Shown: positions 1 through 15,690 of the stretch, one piece after another
Layout of the letters: each line of letters starts with the position of its first letter
How positions within the stretch are numbered: position 1 is the first letter of the stretch
From: Balanoglossus misakiensis
Lineage: Eukaryota; Animalia; Hemichordata
Reading direction: 5' to 3'
DNA length: 64,000 bases
Assembly (NCBI GenBank): GCA_040954595.2
Contig: CM082596.2
Coordinates: 8,817,124-8,881,123 of the forward strand
Notes under the pieces: model-generated
Seen by the model: only the letters and a program-made list of their open reading frames with translations
Databases searched by the model: none
What the model was told of the DNA's origin: nothing
Program-made: the position numbers and the translations under genes

Positions 1-207
1 GTCAAAATACGTTTTAGAAGAAAAAGTGGAAATACTTATTTTAAGGGACTTGACACTCTAAACAGGTATGACACCCAGTAGCATTAGGGTTAATAAAGGC
101 ATTGACCAATGACAAACATCCTTTACCAGCCTGACCCCTTATCAGCTCAAAAATAAATGCGAGGCAATTACAACACTGCCTGGATTGTTCAGCAATGCCA
201 GAACTTA

Positions 208-3102
<2,895 letters not shown>

Positions 3103-3159
3103 ATTTCTCACTGACTTTCTTACCACGGAAAACTGACTTGAAAAGAGTACTTATTCACA

Positions 3160-3225
3160 GACGCACTGCGCATGTGCCACATTACTTGAGTAACGTGGAA
3201 AACAAACATACGGAAGTGACGTCTA
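3160..3225. promoter_or_regulatory. Probable housekeeping promoter of PSMC1 (NRF1-like site and ETS-CRE composite)
   Basis: GCACTGCGCATGTGC at ~3162-3177 and CGGAAGTGACGTC at 3211-3223, 60-120 bp upstream of the ATG exon. Confidence 0.55.
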
Positions 3226-3419
3226 ACTTTTAAGTTTGAGGTATTCGTTTCATCAAGTGTACGTACGTGTCTCGGTTGTATATTCACTCTAAGGTGATGT
3301 TATCCGAGACTTTGTGTCTGCTTCAACACGAACAATTTGCACATTCTGTCACATGCCCTTCTCATGCTTCAGTCAGTCCGATAAAAATAGAGTACGTCGA
3401 TAAATAAAATCACTCACAA

Positions 3420-4290
3420 TCATTTCTTTGATCTCAAATCTTTTGAGGAGGACACCCCCCTCCCACACCCTCCATTCTCCGCCACATTTCATTTTTTGCT
3501 GGTTTGTCTATAGTATCAGGGCAGCGTGCTTACCACCCAAACCCAACCGATGATAATATTTAACAAAGTAGGCCTAAATATATAAGAGAGAATAATCGTT
3601 TAAACCATTTCGCATAACTGATAGTTTTGCGCTGCATCTTCTATATACTAGAAGTTTTATAAATGATGTCATGACGAAGATGGCGCCAAATTTTCTAACT
3701 TTGAATGGAGTGGCAAAAAGTAAAATTGGTCATCTCAAACATTGAGATTATTTGCTTTTGAGTTCATAAAAATGCAACTTTGAGCTACATATTTTACAAA
3801 ATTTTCTAATGTGGGAGGGGGACACCCCCTCTCACACCCTCCATTCTTCGCCACATATTATTTATTCGCTGGTTTGTCTAGTGTACCAGGGCAGACTTCT
3901 TCCCACCCCACCCCGATGCTTACTTTGAGTGGAGTGGCAAAATTAAAATTTGTCCCTCCTATCATTGAGTTAATTTGCTTTTGAGTTCATTAAAATGCAA
4001 CTTTGAGCACCGTATTTTACCCACCCCTGCCACTTTTCTTGTTTTACCAATTCTAGCAACTATTGTATTGACTTGTCATTTTATTTTGTTCATAGATTTC
4101 ATTTTTGCAACGATATACTATTATATACTTCAATTACTTTAAGAAATTTATGATTGACGTGCGAGCCTCATTCCCTTTATTGCATACAGTGTACATAGGA
4201 TCAGGACGGCGAATATTTTCGACGTGGTGGGGGTCATCATATTTTTGGGTCTGTCAAAGGGGGGGGGGGTCACTATTTTGTGGTGCTTAT
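3420..4290. repeat. Partial inverted copy of the interior of the Harbinger-type MITE at 4743-5559
   Basis: For example, 3790-3830 CATTTTACAAAATTTTCTAATGTGGGAG is the reverse complement of ~5355-5385, and 4040-4250 mirrors 4870-5100. Confidence 0.75.
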
Positions 4291-4411
4291 TGAAAAAGAA
4301 GGTCTATTTTTTCTCGTGGCATTGATACTGATGTTTTCCATGCGGAAAAAAGAGTAACTTTTCTATCAGACAGGGAATCTTTTGGTCTCGTCTCGGTCCG
4401 GGTTTTCAGAC

Positions 4412-4608
4412 CACAGGCGCTTGTATAGATGCTATTTCAGTTTTTTTTTATTAATAATTTATGTGTCAGTGGGGAATAGGCCCGAAGATAGCGTGAGCGC
4501 TCGTTTAACGCAAAATCGGGATATCGTCTAAGCTACTGATTTATCGTTTTTAGCCACTTTACCATTAATAAAAACTGAAATAGCATCTATCATGTACAAG
4601 CGCCTGTG
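4412..4608. mobile_element. 197-bp MITE with CA...TG ends and 7-bp TSD (P-element-like)
   Basis: TIR CACAGGCGCTTGTA / TACAAGCGCCTGTG, extended internal IR, direct repeat TTCAGAC at 4405-4411 and 4609-4615. Confidence 0.8.
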
Positions 4609-4742
4609 TTCAGACTCAATGTTACAAGTGGGCGATCCCCGGCAATTCCCGATTTTGCGATTTCTTTCACAAAAGAGGAATATTACGTCAGTAGATCGCC
4701 TTTTCGCTGTTTGGTTGTTCCGCAAAATATAGGTAGGCCTAA

Positions 4743-5559
4743 GGGACCGTTCAGTTTTTAAGACTGGGGGGGGGGGGTTGGCAACTTTGTGTCATCGGTT
4801 TTCAAAATCAGGCCGACCCCCCTTCACCCAGGAGCAAAATATGATGACCCCCCCCTTTGACAGACCCAAAAATATGATGACCCCCCATCCCCCACGCCCA
4901 AAACATTCGCCGTCCTGATCCTATGTTCATTGTATGCAATAAAGGGAATGAGGCTCCTCACACCTCAATTATAAATTTCTTAAAGTATTATTGAAGTATA
5001 TAATAGTATATCGTTGCAATAAAGAAATCTATGAACAAATGAAAATGACAAGTCAATACAATAGTTGCTAGAATTGGTAAAACAAGAAAAGTGGCGGGTG
5101 TGGGTGTGAAAGGGGGTGTCCCCCCCCCCACATAAGAATTTTTTTTTAAAATACAGTGCTCAAAGTTGCATTTTAATGAACTCAAAAGCAAAATAACTCA
5201 ATGTTGGGGAGGACCAATTTTACTTTTGCCACTCCACTCAAAGTAAGCATCGGTGGGGTGGGGTGGCAAGTAGTCTGCCCTAGTACACTAGACAAACCAG
5301 CCAATAAATGAAATCTGGCGAAGAATTAAGGGGTGGTTTTGGGAGGGGGTGTCCCTCTCCCACATTAGAAAATTTTGTAAAATAAAGGGCGCGAAACTGC
5401 AATTTTGTGGACTCAAAAGCAAAAGTTCGGTGGCAAAAGTATGGGACCCCCCTAAACGTTTACAAAAAAAGTTGACCCCCCCCCCTTTGGACTTCACAAT
5501 TTAAGTGACCCCCCCCCCTGGATTTTGCCGACCCCCGGCCGTAACAACTGAACGGTCCC
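4743..5559. mobile_element. PIF/Harbinger-type MITE
   Basis: TIR GGGACCGTTCAGTT / AACTGAACGGTCCC with TAA TSD at 4740-4742 and 5560-5562. Confidence 0.85.
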
Positions 5560-8132
5560 TAAATAGAATTAAAACTAAATTTTTGCATATTTTCTATGGA
5601 ACTGATATTCATTGATATTAATAAGTCGAAAAACAGCGATCTGATTGGCCAAAAAGTAATTATAAACAGAAGTTTTTTTTCAAGAGTAATGTGGAAATAA
5701 TAAAATCCATTGAAAGATAACAGAACGGATGAGGCTAGGGCGCCATGTCAAGGTTGGCCAGTTTGGCGCCCTGTATACGTGTACATGCGCTTGTATGAGT
5801 AGTACACATACAGTGATGTTCCTAGCCCACAAACTGGCAAGTGTCAGCTCAATAATTTATGCACGAAGAAACCATTAGTTATAACAGAGCGAGTAGGGTT
5901 TGCCGAACATTGATGGTAACACAAGATTTTACTTTAGTCTAGTCAATCTATGAGATTTTGGCACCTAACCCACCACAAGTTGCAACAGAATTTTTTTCTT
6001 CAGAATATATTTTGGAGAGGTGTCTAGAACAACATATTAAAAATGCACCCGAATCCACCTTGTGGAAATATGTCTAATTTGCATAAATTTCATATTGGAA
6101 ATTTTTGGGCCAAATATCGGGAAATAAACATGATTTTCCCATGATATTAAAGTTAAAAAATATTTCATGTGCATGAAGAACCATTTTGGAATAATATTTG
6201 ACATGGGCAGTTTTCATAATTTGCATAAATTCGATATGGCGAACATTATTCCTAGCAAACCATAATTGGGCAGTATATCGGGTACTACGCATAATATTTT
6301 AGTTTTTTTTTTATTTCAAAACTACCCCTATGACATTTGGAACAATTTTGAAAATATTTTGTTTACATTTGCACTTAATATTTTGCATAAATCCAATATG
6401 GCCACCAAATGAATGTTCAACAGCTTATCATACTCTGGCATATATAGTAAGGTTCTGGCATAGAATATATGTTGGTGGGTCTAGCCCTATATTGACTAGT
6501 CTAAAGAACTGTCGGCGTAATTGCTTTATTTGCTTGTTACTTTATTTGAACGCGAATTTGTCTTCTGTAACGTAGATGTTGTTATTTTTATATATCTTTT
6601 GTCTGTTTTGTTTGTTTGCCACAGGCCACCAAACAATCGTCCAAGGTCACCCCTATCATTGTTGATGAAGACTTCTCTATTTGAGGTGAGGATAATTGCG
6701 AAGTCGGTGATGTGACCAATCGTACTTGTTTAAAAACAAAGGGGCTTCAAGGGCTGCACTATGGCTGCACAGATATTTGAATAAATTTGTGGGAAATATC
6801 CAGCTGGTTTGGCGTACACCAGTAGAGTATGTATAGTTGCAGTTCTCGTATTTAAGAGTTATATGATTGTCATGTGTAAATTTGTTCTAAAACACCAAAT
6901 CTTATGTTTATTAACAAACATACACACACACACACAACTTTCAGTCATGTAATAAACTTTAATTTGCCAAAGTCTTTTTAATATAAATTAGTTCTTGAAA
7001 AATCAGAAATTTGACACCCGGATTTATTTTTTGATGGCCTGGAACAAATATTGTTGTACTAGTTTTTACCTGTTACACATTATTTCTGTATTTTCCCGTA
7101 CCCACATTTTTTGGTGTCTTTATAGCTTTTGGAAAATTTCTTTGAATTCACGTTTCCACAGATTCAACATTTTAATAGACGTGATTAGTGTGTGATAGTA
7201 TGTTAATACTGAGTTGAATTGTATTCGGATTTGATCTAACTGTGGTAGTTAATTTAGAGTGCTACGCTTTCTCCTTGTGAAATAAAAGTATACCGTCGTC
7301 CTCTGCTTTCTTTACGATTCCTCACAACTTGTGGTCATGTTTTCATTGTGGTTGGATACCAGACCTGATTGCTAAGTGGAGTTGGGGTCGAGTGGAATAT
7401 GTGAGGCTTCTTCCCTAGTATCGGTAAAACACTAGACTCTCTGACTACAGCAAATGGCTGCTTATTAGAATTGTGAGCAGCTTTCAAAAGCAAACGGCCC
7501 ACGCCATCACTGCAGAAAATTTAAATTACCTTTGAACCCGCGCTATATTATCCTGTGATATTTTAATATGGCTGCAACTATTGTACTGTCACAGAAGTTA
7601 TACATGTATGCAATCCATATAGTCAATGGCGCGGCGCAATACTGAAAATATTACATTTTCTTCCGTCTACTGCATGTCTTTTATCTCTTTATTTGACTGT
7701 GGGTGTTTAAACGGCCAGTCTGGTATGGTATCAACAAACCTTAGGACACTGAACAAAGTCTGATGGATGTTTTTATGCTTTGCCGAACAGGACAGTCAAA
7801 CATTAACTGATTCAATTCAGTCTAGTGACCACCACCACAACCGTGTTCAAATTTGTAAATCCGCAAAGTTGAAACATTCAATACTGAACAAGATTTCAGA
7901 AACCGGCACACATTAGGAAGTTTTCTTTGTGTATAAAATGTTGATTATATAATTCTACCATCTTCATGTCAAAATATCTCTCATTGTACAATAAATATAA
8001 TTGAATCGTTTAATAATTCAATTATCTTTATTGAAAACAGGAAATCTCTGTCTCTCCTTACGTGACCTCTGAACCAGGAAACCGTCTGTGATTTAACATT
8101 TTTGGGGTTTCTCGCCATGTAAGTTGGACACC

Positions 8133-11097
8133 ATGTTTCTCTTCACTGTCGTCTTGGTCATTTGCTCCGTGATAGCACGGCCATCCAGCTGCCAAGGTAA
8201 GTTTTATTAGTTTCGGGTGAATTTCGGATCAATTTTGAGTCTGTTTTACTGGTGGAAGTGCAAATCGTTCCCAAGTCCTCATATCATGTACTTGTAGTTT
8301 ATAAGCCTAAACGTGTGCACCTCTGCAGCCCTGTTCCCGATAAGTCCATGCGTGGCTATGAATTGTCGACTGAATTCACCATTCTTTCGTACCTCTATTG
8401 TTAGTGCACATTAGAGAAACAAACACGGGTAATTTTCATCCAATGGTTAGAGAGAAACAGAAAATATGGAGAAGGCAAGCCTGCCTGTGTAGAAATCTAC
8501 ATTTTGGCTTATGAACATCTTGGGGTGACAGTTAACGTGTGCGAGGGTATGGTGCCATAATATCTCCTGACAACGGGTTTACATGACTTTTTGCGAATGG
8601 AACTGGGCTACTTAAACACTCCTTTTATTTTAAATTTAGATGCAATATGTGGAGGTGAAATTCAAAAAGACGACGGAACGATTGATTTCACCGGAAATTC
8701 TTCAATGCAGACCAATGAATGCACCTGGACAATTTACACCAATGAGAAATCAACAGTCACATCCAAAATTCTTGCCTGTAAATTGCCTCTGTCAAGTTAC
8801 ATCGAGATCCGGGATGGAGACAATGACAACGAACCGATAATTGGAAATTACACAGACAGGGATTGTCCAAAAAATATCGAGTTCATACATGTAGAATATG
8901 CATCAACTAATGTAATGTGGGTTCGAATATATTCTCCTGAAATAATGGACGACGAGTGGTCCTTTACTTTATCTTTTACAGGTAAGTTTGCAAATGTATA
9001 CATTGTAGTAAGTAAAAGTTTGAGAATACCCCAAATCAGCAGATAAAGTTTGTATCATGCGCCTATATTAACAAAGTAAGTACTTGAAGTACATGTATGT
9101 TATGCCCATGGATTAATATGGGCATTTCCCATAGACAACACAGGACATGTCACAGGTCAAAGTCAACCGTTCTAGCAATCACAGACTGAATCAGAATGGT
9201 GCTGGCATGTTATTGACACAGAAAGTTCTTTAGGTAACCAACTGTGGAACGTTGTGATCCGTTTTTGAGCCAATTCTGCGAAATGCGATTAAAAAGTACT
9301 ATGAAAAACGTTGGTTTCATTCACTTTCACTTACGCATAACAGAGCTACAGCCAGCCAAAAACTGCGCGAACCCGGAAGTGAGTGACGTCAGCAACTGTT
9401 GTCCGCTGCCGACGCGTTGGAGCGAGCTTATGCTTATACACGCCTGCACTCACGCGACCGACGACGTTAGCACGGCAACATATTCTCGGGTAGTAGGCTA
9501 CAATTTTGAACCAGAGATTCCCTTCTACGACCAAGCGACTGAATTTTACAGAGGACAAAAGTTCATGCAGTTCTGATCTCCGATGTGTCCCGTTTGTCAA
9601 GGCTTACACTTGGTGTGGTTTCAGTGAAACCATAGACCCTAGAGTCTATGGTGAAACAGACAATGCTGCAATTAAACAATACCCTCCCTCGTTGTCTCTC
9701 CCTCGTTGTCACCTTTTCGAACCACTTTTCTTACAAAAATACTTAGTCACCTTTTATGGAGTTGAAAAGAACGCAGGTGCATCGTCCTGCTCTCCAGGTG
9801 TAGTACGTCCGTAGTATAATGGAAGCCAATACTATAGTTATTGTATGCATGTTTCGTCTCTTGAAATGTATTAAAACTGCCCTTTTTAGTTGCTTTCATT
9901 TGATAACTATGCGATCGTCAATAAATGGAAATTAAACCCAAATACGTGTACCAAAAAACGTGCAGGAAGGATTTAAAACGGTACGTTTATTATTATCAGC
10001 GGCAGTTAGAACAACTTTGTATAGGCCTTACGGTTTGTTCATAAACGTCGACATGCATGGCATCATGGACATTGCAGGGTCTATGTCTGCACGCATCGAC
10101 AAATACAATACACGAAGAGCATTGCCTTTGAAAGAAACTTATCCCCGTCGATTTTCCGAATATGTTTTTAAAATCATGAACTTGACATTTCGCCATGTCA
10201 GATCCGCGCAAAATGTGTCTGTTTATTGGAAATGACACGTCGAACGTGTAAGTTGCTGACGTCACTGTAGTATTTTCAACGCGCGTCTTCTGCTTGCGCA
10301 GGAAGTGAAAGTGAATTAACCCATCGGAACGTTGCCGTTTTTGACACCCGGTTTGTACTTTGAAGCCCAAAATTGAGGGTGTCGTTCCACTTTAACAGTT
10401 TCACTGGCGACACACAACGATGATATCCAATAATGACCTATGACAGTAGATTTCATTTTTTTCAACGTAACGACGACGTTGTGCACATTCAATTTTGACC
10501 AACACATTTTCATATCGAGTTTACATATGCGGTCGGTATTTTGTATATGAAATGCAACGCATTATTTCATTTCTAGATTTTTTTTATACAAAGTGAATAC
10601 ATTATTTCTCACTTTCTCATCCCATGGTAAGCATGTGGTGGCGAAATTGAAGCGACGAACGGTGTGATAGTGTCGCCGTTTTATCCCGACTCGTACGTGA
10701 AAGGTGGTATGTGCAATTGGACGATAAGTACCCCTCAAGGAAGTATTATAGATTCAAGATTCGAGAAATTCAGATTGCGATACGATGAAGATTTCGTCGA
10801 TTTGGGAAACAGTCTGAGCAATGGCGTGGCAGACATAGGGCGCTTTACCAATAAGGACAAACCCACGTCTATCACAATCGATCCTTCGACGTCGAATGGT
10901 ATTTGGGTGACACTGCTTGGACATGGTGATCTATCCGGAATTGAAAACGACCCGTATACTTTTACATTTAAATTTCAAGGCAAGTTCAGCACATTGTCAT
11001 TCATTATCACACAAACAGCGTCTATATTACCCCTATTTCATGTATGTATGTATGTGTGTGTGTGTACATGTATGTACATGTCTGTCTGTCTGTCTAT

Positions 11098-11164
<67 letters not shown>

Positions 11165-14100
11165 TTTGTATTTGTTTTGTTTATTTTTGCATTATAGCAA
11201 TAGGTGGTAATGGCGGTGACATATACGCATGGAAAGGTTTTGTGTACTCACCGGGGCACCCTATACGTCCTTACCCGAGAGATTCCATATTTAATTGGAC
11301 CATTCACTGTCCGAGTGGAACTATAGTCGTTGGGAAATTTGAGCTACTGGTGCTCGATATTTATGATTTCATCACCATTTTCGATGGAGATGACCAAACT
11401 CCATTTAAAATATATGAGCATGGGGACGATTATAGCGACGAATTTAACACAACGGGCAATACAATGGTAGTGCAGCTTGATTCAGAGTGGTTTGGTGACC
11501 TAGGGTATGGATATTTTGAGCTCTACTTCGAAGGTAAGTTTTGCAAAAGTATTCAAAATTATTTTCATTTTTTTTAGCTTATTACAAATAATTGTGCTGA
11601 AGAAAACTTTCTGAAAACGAGTAAATTTCGTTCACTTTCGACCGGAATATGATTTATATGAGTGTACTAATCTATGCTGAATCATCCAGCAACGTATCTT
11701 TACTATATTGTTCCTTCTGTATTTTGCATTTGCAGGTAAATTGGTATCAACTACGGAATCTGTCAGCGGTTATAACGGTTCAGTATTTTCTCCCATGTAC
11801 CCGTACCCATACCCACTGAACCTCGAATATACAACGGAGATATCTACACCTGAAGGAACCATCATGTATTTAAGATTTCTCGAGTTGGAGTTGAGAAGAG
11901 GCGACAATTTGTCTGTGTATGATGGCGATGGTAACCTACAGGTCGTGTACCAATCTGGTGCTTCTCTCGAACTTCTAGAAATACCCATGAATGTTTCCTA
12001 CCTTCTCCTGTACTCGGGAAATGAAGACAACTCTAGTTTTGGAACTTATCGTTTGGATTACCAAGGTAACACATTGTACTTGCAAAGTGTAGAGTCAACT
12101 TAATTGATTCAACGCGCACGTCGGTTGCTATGCATGGCTTCTATAGTCCGTGTGGTAGTTTGAAGTTTACTCTGCAAGTTGCGTGTAATCATCTTTCAAC
12201 CCACAGGTTCATACGTCTGCTTTCCTCCCGACGATGAAATTCACGCGGAGATATTTCCAGACGACGATTTTTATGATCCCGGCGACACTCTGATGGTGAT
12301 CTGCCATGAAGGATATGATCTCTCGACAAACTACTCGACCGTTACTTGTGGAGATGACGGGAACTGGAACACAGAAATGCCTGATTGCGTTGGTAGGATA
12401 GAGAATTGTGTATGGTAACGTTACAAAACTGTCAACCCCGCATCTGAAATCCTATTTATACGAACTTTGTACCAAATTATGCCTCATTTAACAAACACGG
12501 CTGACCTTTTACATGTGGTAACTAAATTTTTCATGCGCTTTGTCGGTCGTTGAGAGAACGTGTAGTTCCACCACAGATTTCCCTTAGATGTGTAATGCAC
12601 TATTTGTATATAACTTGGTGTGTAAGTGTATCTAAATTTATTAATTTATATCTTCCCTGTCTTCACAGTTGTGTCATGCGGAGACCCAGGTAAACTAGAA
12701 AACGGTGACGCAGAAGGTGATGATTTCACCTATGGTAGCAACGTCACGTATCACTGTCACGAAGGATACACACTGAACGGAACCGATACGATCACGTGCC
12801 AGTCGAGTGGATCCTGGTCTGCAGAGAAGCCCGTTTGTACACGTAGGTTGATGGTTCCTTTTCTTATAGCACAGCACAGTCAGCGGTAGCCTGGAGCAGA
12901 GGATCAGTGAATAATGATAAAGCTCTCAGTGTCAGATTATCACCTGATCTATTTGCTATGCCTGACGTACATCGTGAACAACGGAATAAAGATGCGATTT
13001 GGTTATATTGGACGTATAATGCACATGCGCTGTACAGTTTACAACGATGTAAAGAACTCTTTTATGTATTAATGTAATATATGCATCTTCCCCTTATACC
13101 AGCCGTTAACTGTGGTGAACCTGATGACGTAGAAGATGCCGAGAAGTCTGGCGACTCGTACCTCTATGACGACATAGTGGTCTACGAGTGTAATGAAGGG
13201 TACCAGTTCGAAAGCAACGTGACGTATGTCGTGTGTCAGGCCAACGGAGAGTGGACTGAGCTACCTGCATGCTTACCTGTTGGTAAATAAATATCACATA
13301 GTTATTATTAGTTATGATTTTCGCATAAGGATACAACTCCTTGTAACCAGCATGTATGTTGCCAAAGTTAGGGTCTCACCAAAACGTGCCCAATCTATTG
13401 GGCGTCGCAAGTACAGGTCGAAGTTACATTACAAACCTAACAATTTTACTGCAAATGATGCGATGTGATGTTAAACAAAGTCATAAAAGGGACAATGCAA
13501 AATACAAACTAGATTTCAGTGTCATTCCAAAACAAATGGATCCCCTCTTATGTAGATATAAGTTTATTTTAACCACGTCATTGCTGTTACAGGCCAGACC
13601 AGTGGTGTCAGCATTGCAGGTAAGGTCATATTATCGGGGGGTTATAAATTGTGGATATTGGGGACATAAAAGCTATGTTTACAAAAATTAAAATTTTAAT
13701 GAGCTGTATAATAACACACGTCTCTTGGTATTTGATGTTGTCTTAGTATTTACTTTTCCATTCATCTTACCCATAACTATAAATATTCTGTCCCGTTATT
13801 AAGCTGCCCATCCGATGAGTCTTCTGTTCATCCAAAATGTTGGATAATGGTATATCTCAGCGAAAGTGTAAAAACATGCAGTTGTATCTTTTGAAACTGG
13901 ATGATTTTAATTATTTTTTCCAGGAATTGTTTGCTTAATCATCCTGATACTGGCGATGGTCATTGGTGGGACTGCTATTGTTTTGTTTCTGAGAAGGTAA
14001 ATCTGTATTTCAAAACTGTGGTTAATTTCAATGTTACTTCCACGATACGTGTAAATCGTTAGGGCAAGTGTTGATATCTTATTAAAACGATATCACACTA

Positions 14101-14683
14101 TATACCATACGTCCCAATTTTGATTCAGCTGAAAATTGTACCATATGCCGTCTTAGACGTTTAACTGTCGAGTGCAATTAATTCCAGGTCACAGAAATGT
14201 GTATGTACCATAGGAAATGGAAAAACTGATGATCTGGATGATCTGAGTACCAACGAGGCAAGGGGTCCGGACCCTGAATACAAAAATACAAGTAACAATT
14301 TCAAAAGCACTGAAAACAATACAGCCCCTGCTGACAAATCCAGTCTACATTCTCGGGTCTACGAAAATGCAGGGGAGAGCGTCTCTTACGGAAACACCGT
14401 TGTTGATGGCTTCGGCGAAAGTTCGTATGTTAATGTCGACGGACGCAATCGTAATACAAATGCAAATCACATTGGTGACGTCTACCAGCCCCTCGGTCAT
14501 GTACAGGAGGAGAGTTACGCGAAACTCACAGGCGTGGATAACCCCGAGTTGAGGAAACTACACCCCGGGTTCAAAATGAACGAATTTCACGACAGCGCAG
14601 AACAAGCTGCCAGTGCAGAAGACGACACTGCTTATGCCGGGGTTTGTGACTCAGGATTCGTCGCTTGTGAACCGACCACTTAA
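8133..14683 (+). CDS. Type I membrane receptor, ~851 aa: signal peptide, 4x CUB, 3x CCP/sushi, TM, tyrosine-motif-rich tail
   Basis: Exons 8133-8196, 8640-8981, 10632-10979, 11198-11533, 11736-12065, 12207-12392, 12669-12842, 13103-13282, 13593-13619, 13924-13996, 14188-14683 total 2556 nt with an open frame. Domain exons are all phase 1-1. Signal MFLFTVVLVICSVIARPSSCQ; CUB motifs CGG..SPFYP..CNWTI; sushi C-G-D-P..Y-x-C..G-x-W..P-x-C; TM IVCLIILILAMVIGGTAIVLFL-RR; AATAAA at 14688. Confidence 0.88.
9148..10445. mobile_element. Old foldback/MITE-like element in intron 2 of the CUB-sushi gene
   Basis: Nested inverted blocks: AGTGACGTCAGCAACT (9382) vs AGTTGCTGACGTCACT (10251), TTCACTTTCACTT vs AAGTGAAAGTGAA, GTGGAACG vs CGTTCCAC, TGTCACAGGTCA vs TGACCTATGACA. 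Confidence 0.55.
11043..11170. repeat. Compound microsatellite (TATG/TG/TCTG then ATTT)n
   Basis: Directly visible; explains the low-complexity spurious ORF segments here. Confidence 0.95.
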
Positions 14684-15289
14684 TGAAAATAAATGTGGCC
14701 GACACGACGTAAACTTTATTTGAGTGCCAATACGCTTTGCAATGGTTTTACTTGAACATTGGGCAAGATGACGTCAGATTACATTCTTAAATTAATTTCG
14801 TATTTAGCTTTCAGTCATGAAATTGTTCGGATGACAATCAAAAACATAGCAGAACAAAAATTGACTAGTTTTTACGTTGCTAATTTTTGAAAACTTATTT
14901 TTATAACAACACAAAGTCTTGATCACAAGCTTGTCGAACGATTGCAATGGTCGTACATTAATTTAATACTTCGTCATCCAGTGAATAAGCTGATGGCAAT
15001 GCAGCTTAACATTCTTTTGTTGTATTCAAGTTTTATCTGACCAACGTGTTAATTTTGTAAAGCACGAACATCAGCGGAACTGTAAATTTGTGTCACGCGC
15101 CGCATGTATTCTTATTTACGGTGTTGTCCATATCGACACAGCACCGCCATACTGGCTGCGGCTGGCTACTATAGCTGTTCAGTATATTATAATATTTCCC
15201 CCAACAAGAGCCTGGCCACATTTAAGAGATGACATTCTATCAGATGCAAGATGCAGAAATGGTCAATCTTCTGCACACATCATTTCAGC

Positions 15290-15690
15290 CTGTCTACCAT
15301 GATAATATTTTAATATGGGAGCATTATTATATTTTCACATAAGTTGTATGTATGGTCAACGGCGCGGCGCAATGCAGGCGCTAGTGCCATGTTTCACTTA
15401 ACAAAACAATATTACATTTTCTTCCGTCTACTGCATGTCTTTTATCTCTTTATCTCAGTGTGGGTGTTTAAACGGCCAGTCCAGACCTTAGGACACTGAA
15501 CAAAGTCTGATGGATGTTTTTATGCTTTGCCGAACAGGACAGTCAAACATTAACTGATTCAATTCAGTCTGGTGACCACCACCATCGAGTTCCAAGTTGT
15601 AAATCCGCAAAGTTGAAACATTCAGTACAGAGTATAAAATCAAAACGGCCGTGGACTACGTAGTTTTCTTTGTGTATAAATATTTACGGC
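15290..15690 (+). repeat. Duplicated upstream region of the CUB-sushi gene (paralogous to ~7550-7940)
   Basis: Shared blocks such as CCTTAGGACACTGAACAAAGTCTGATGGATGTTTTTATGCTTTGCCGAACAGGACAGTCAAAC at ~7740 and ~15487. Confidence 0.9.

Noticed and set aside
6662-6710. TTGATGA-A-GACTTC...GAAGTC as a second hammerhead
   Set aside because: Lacks the first C of CUGANGA and the GAAA box; at most a decayed relic.
14367-14552. 61-aa ORF from the track
   Set aside because: Wrong frame; the spliced receptor tail uses another frame across 14188-14683.
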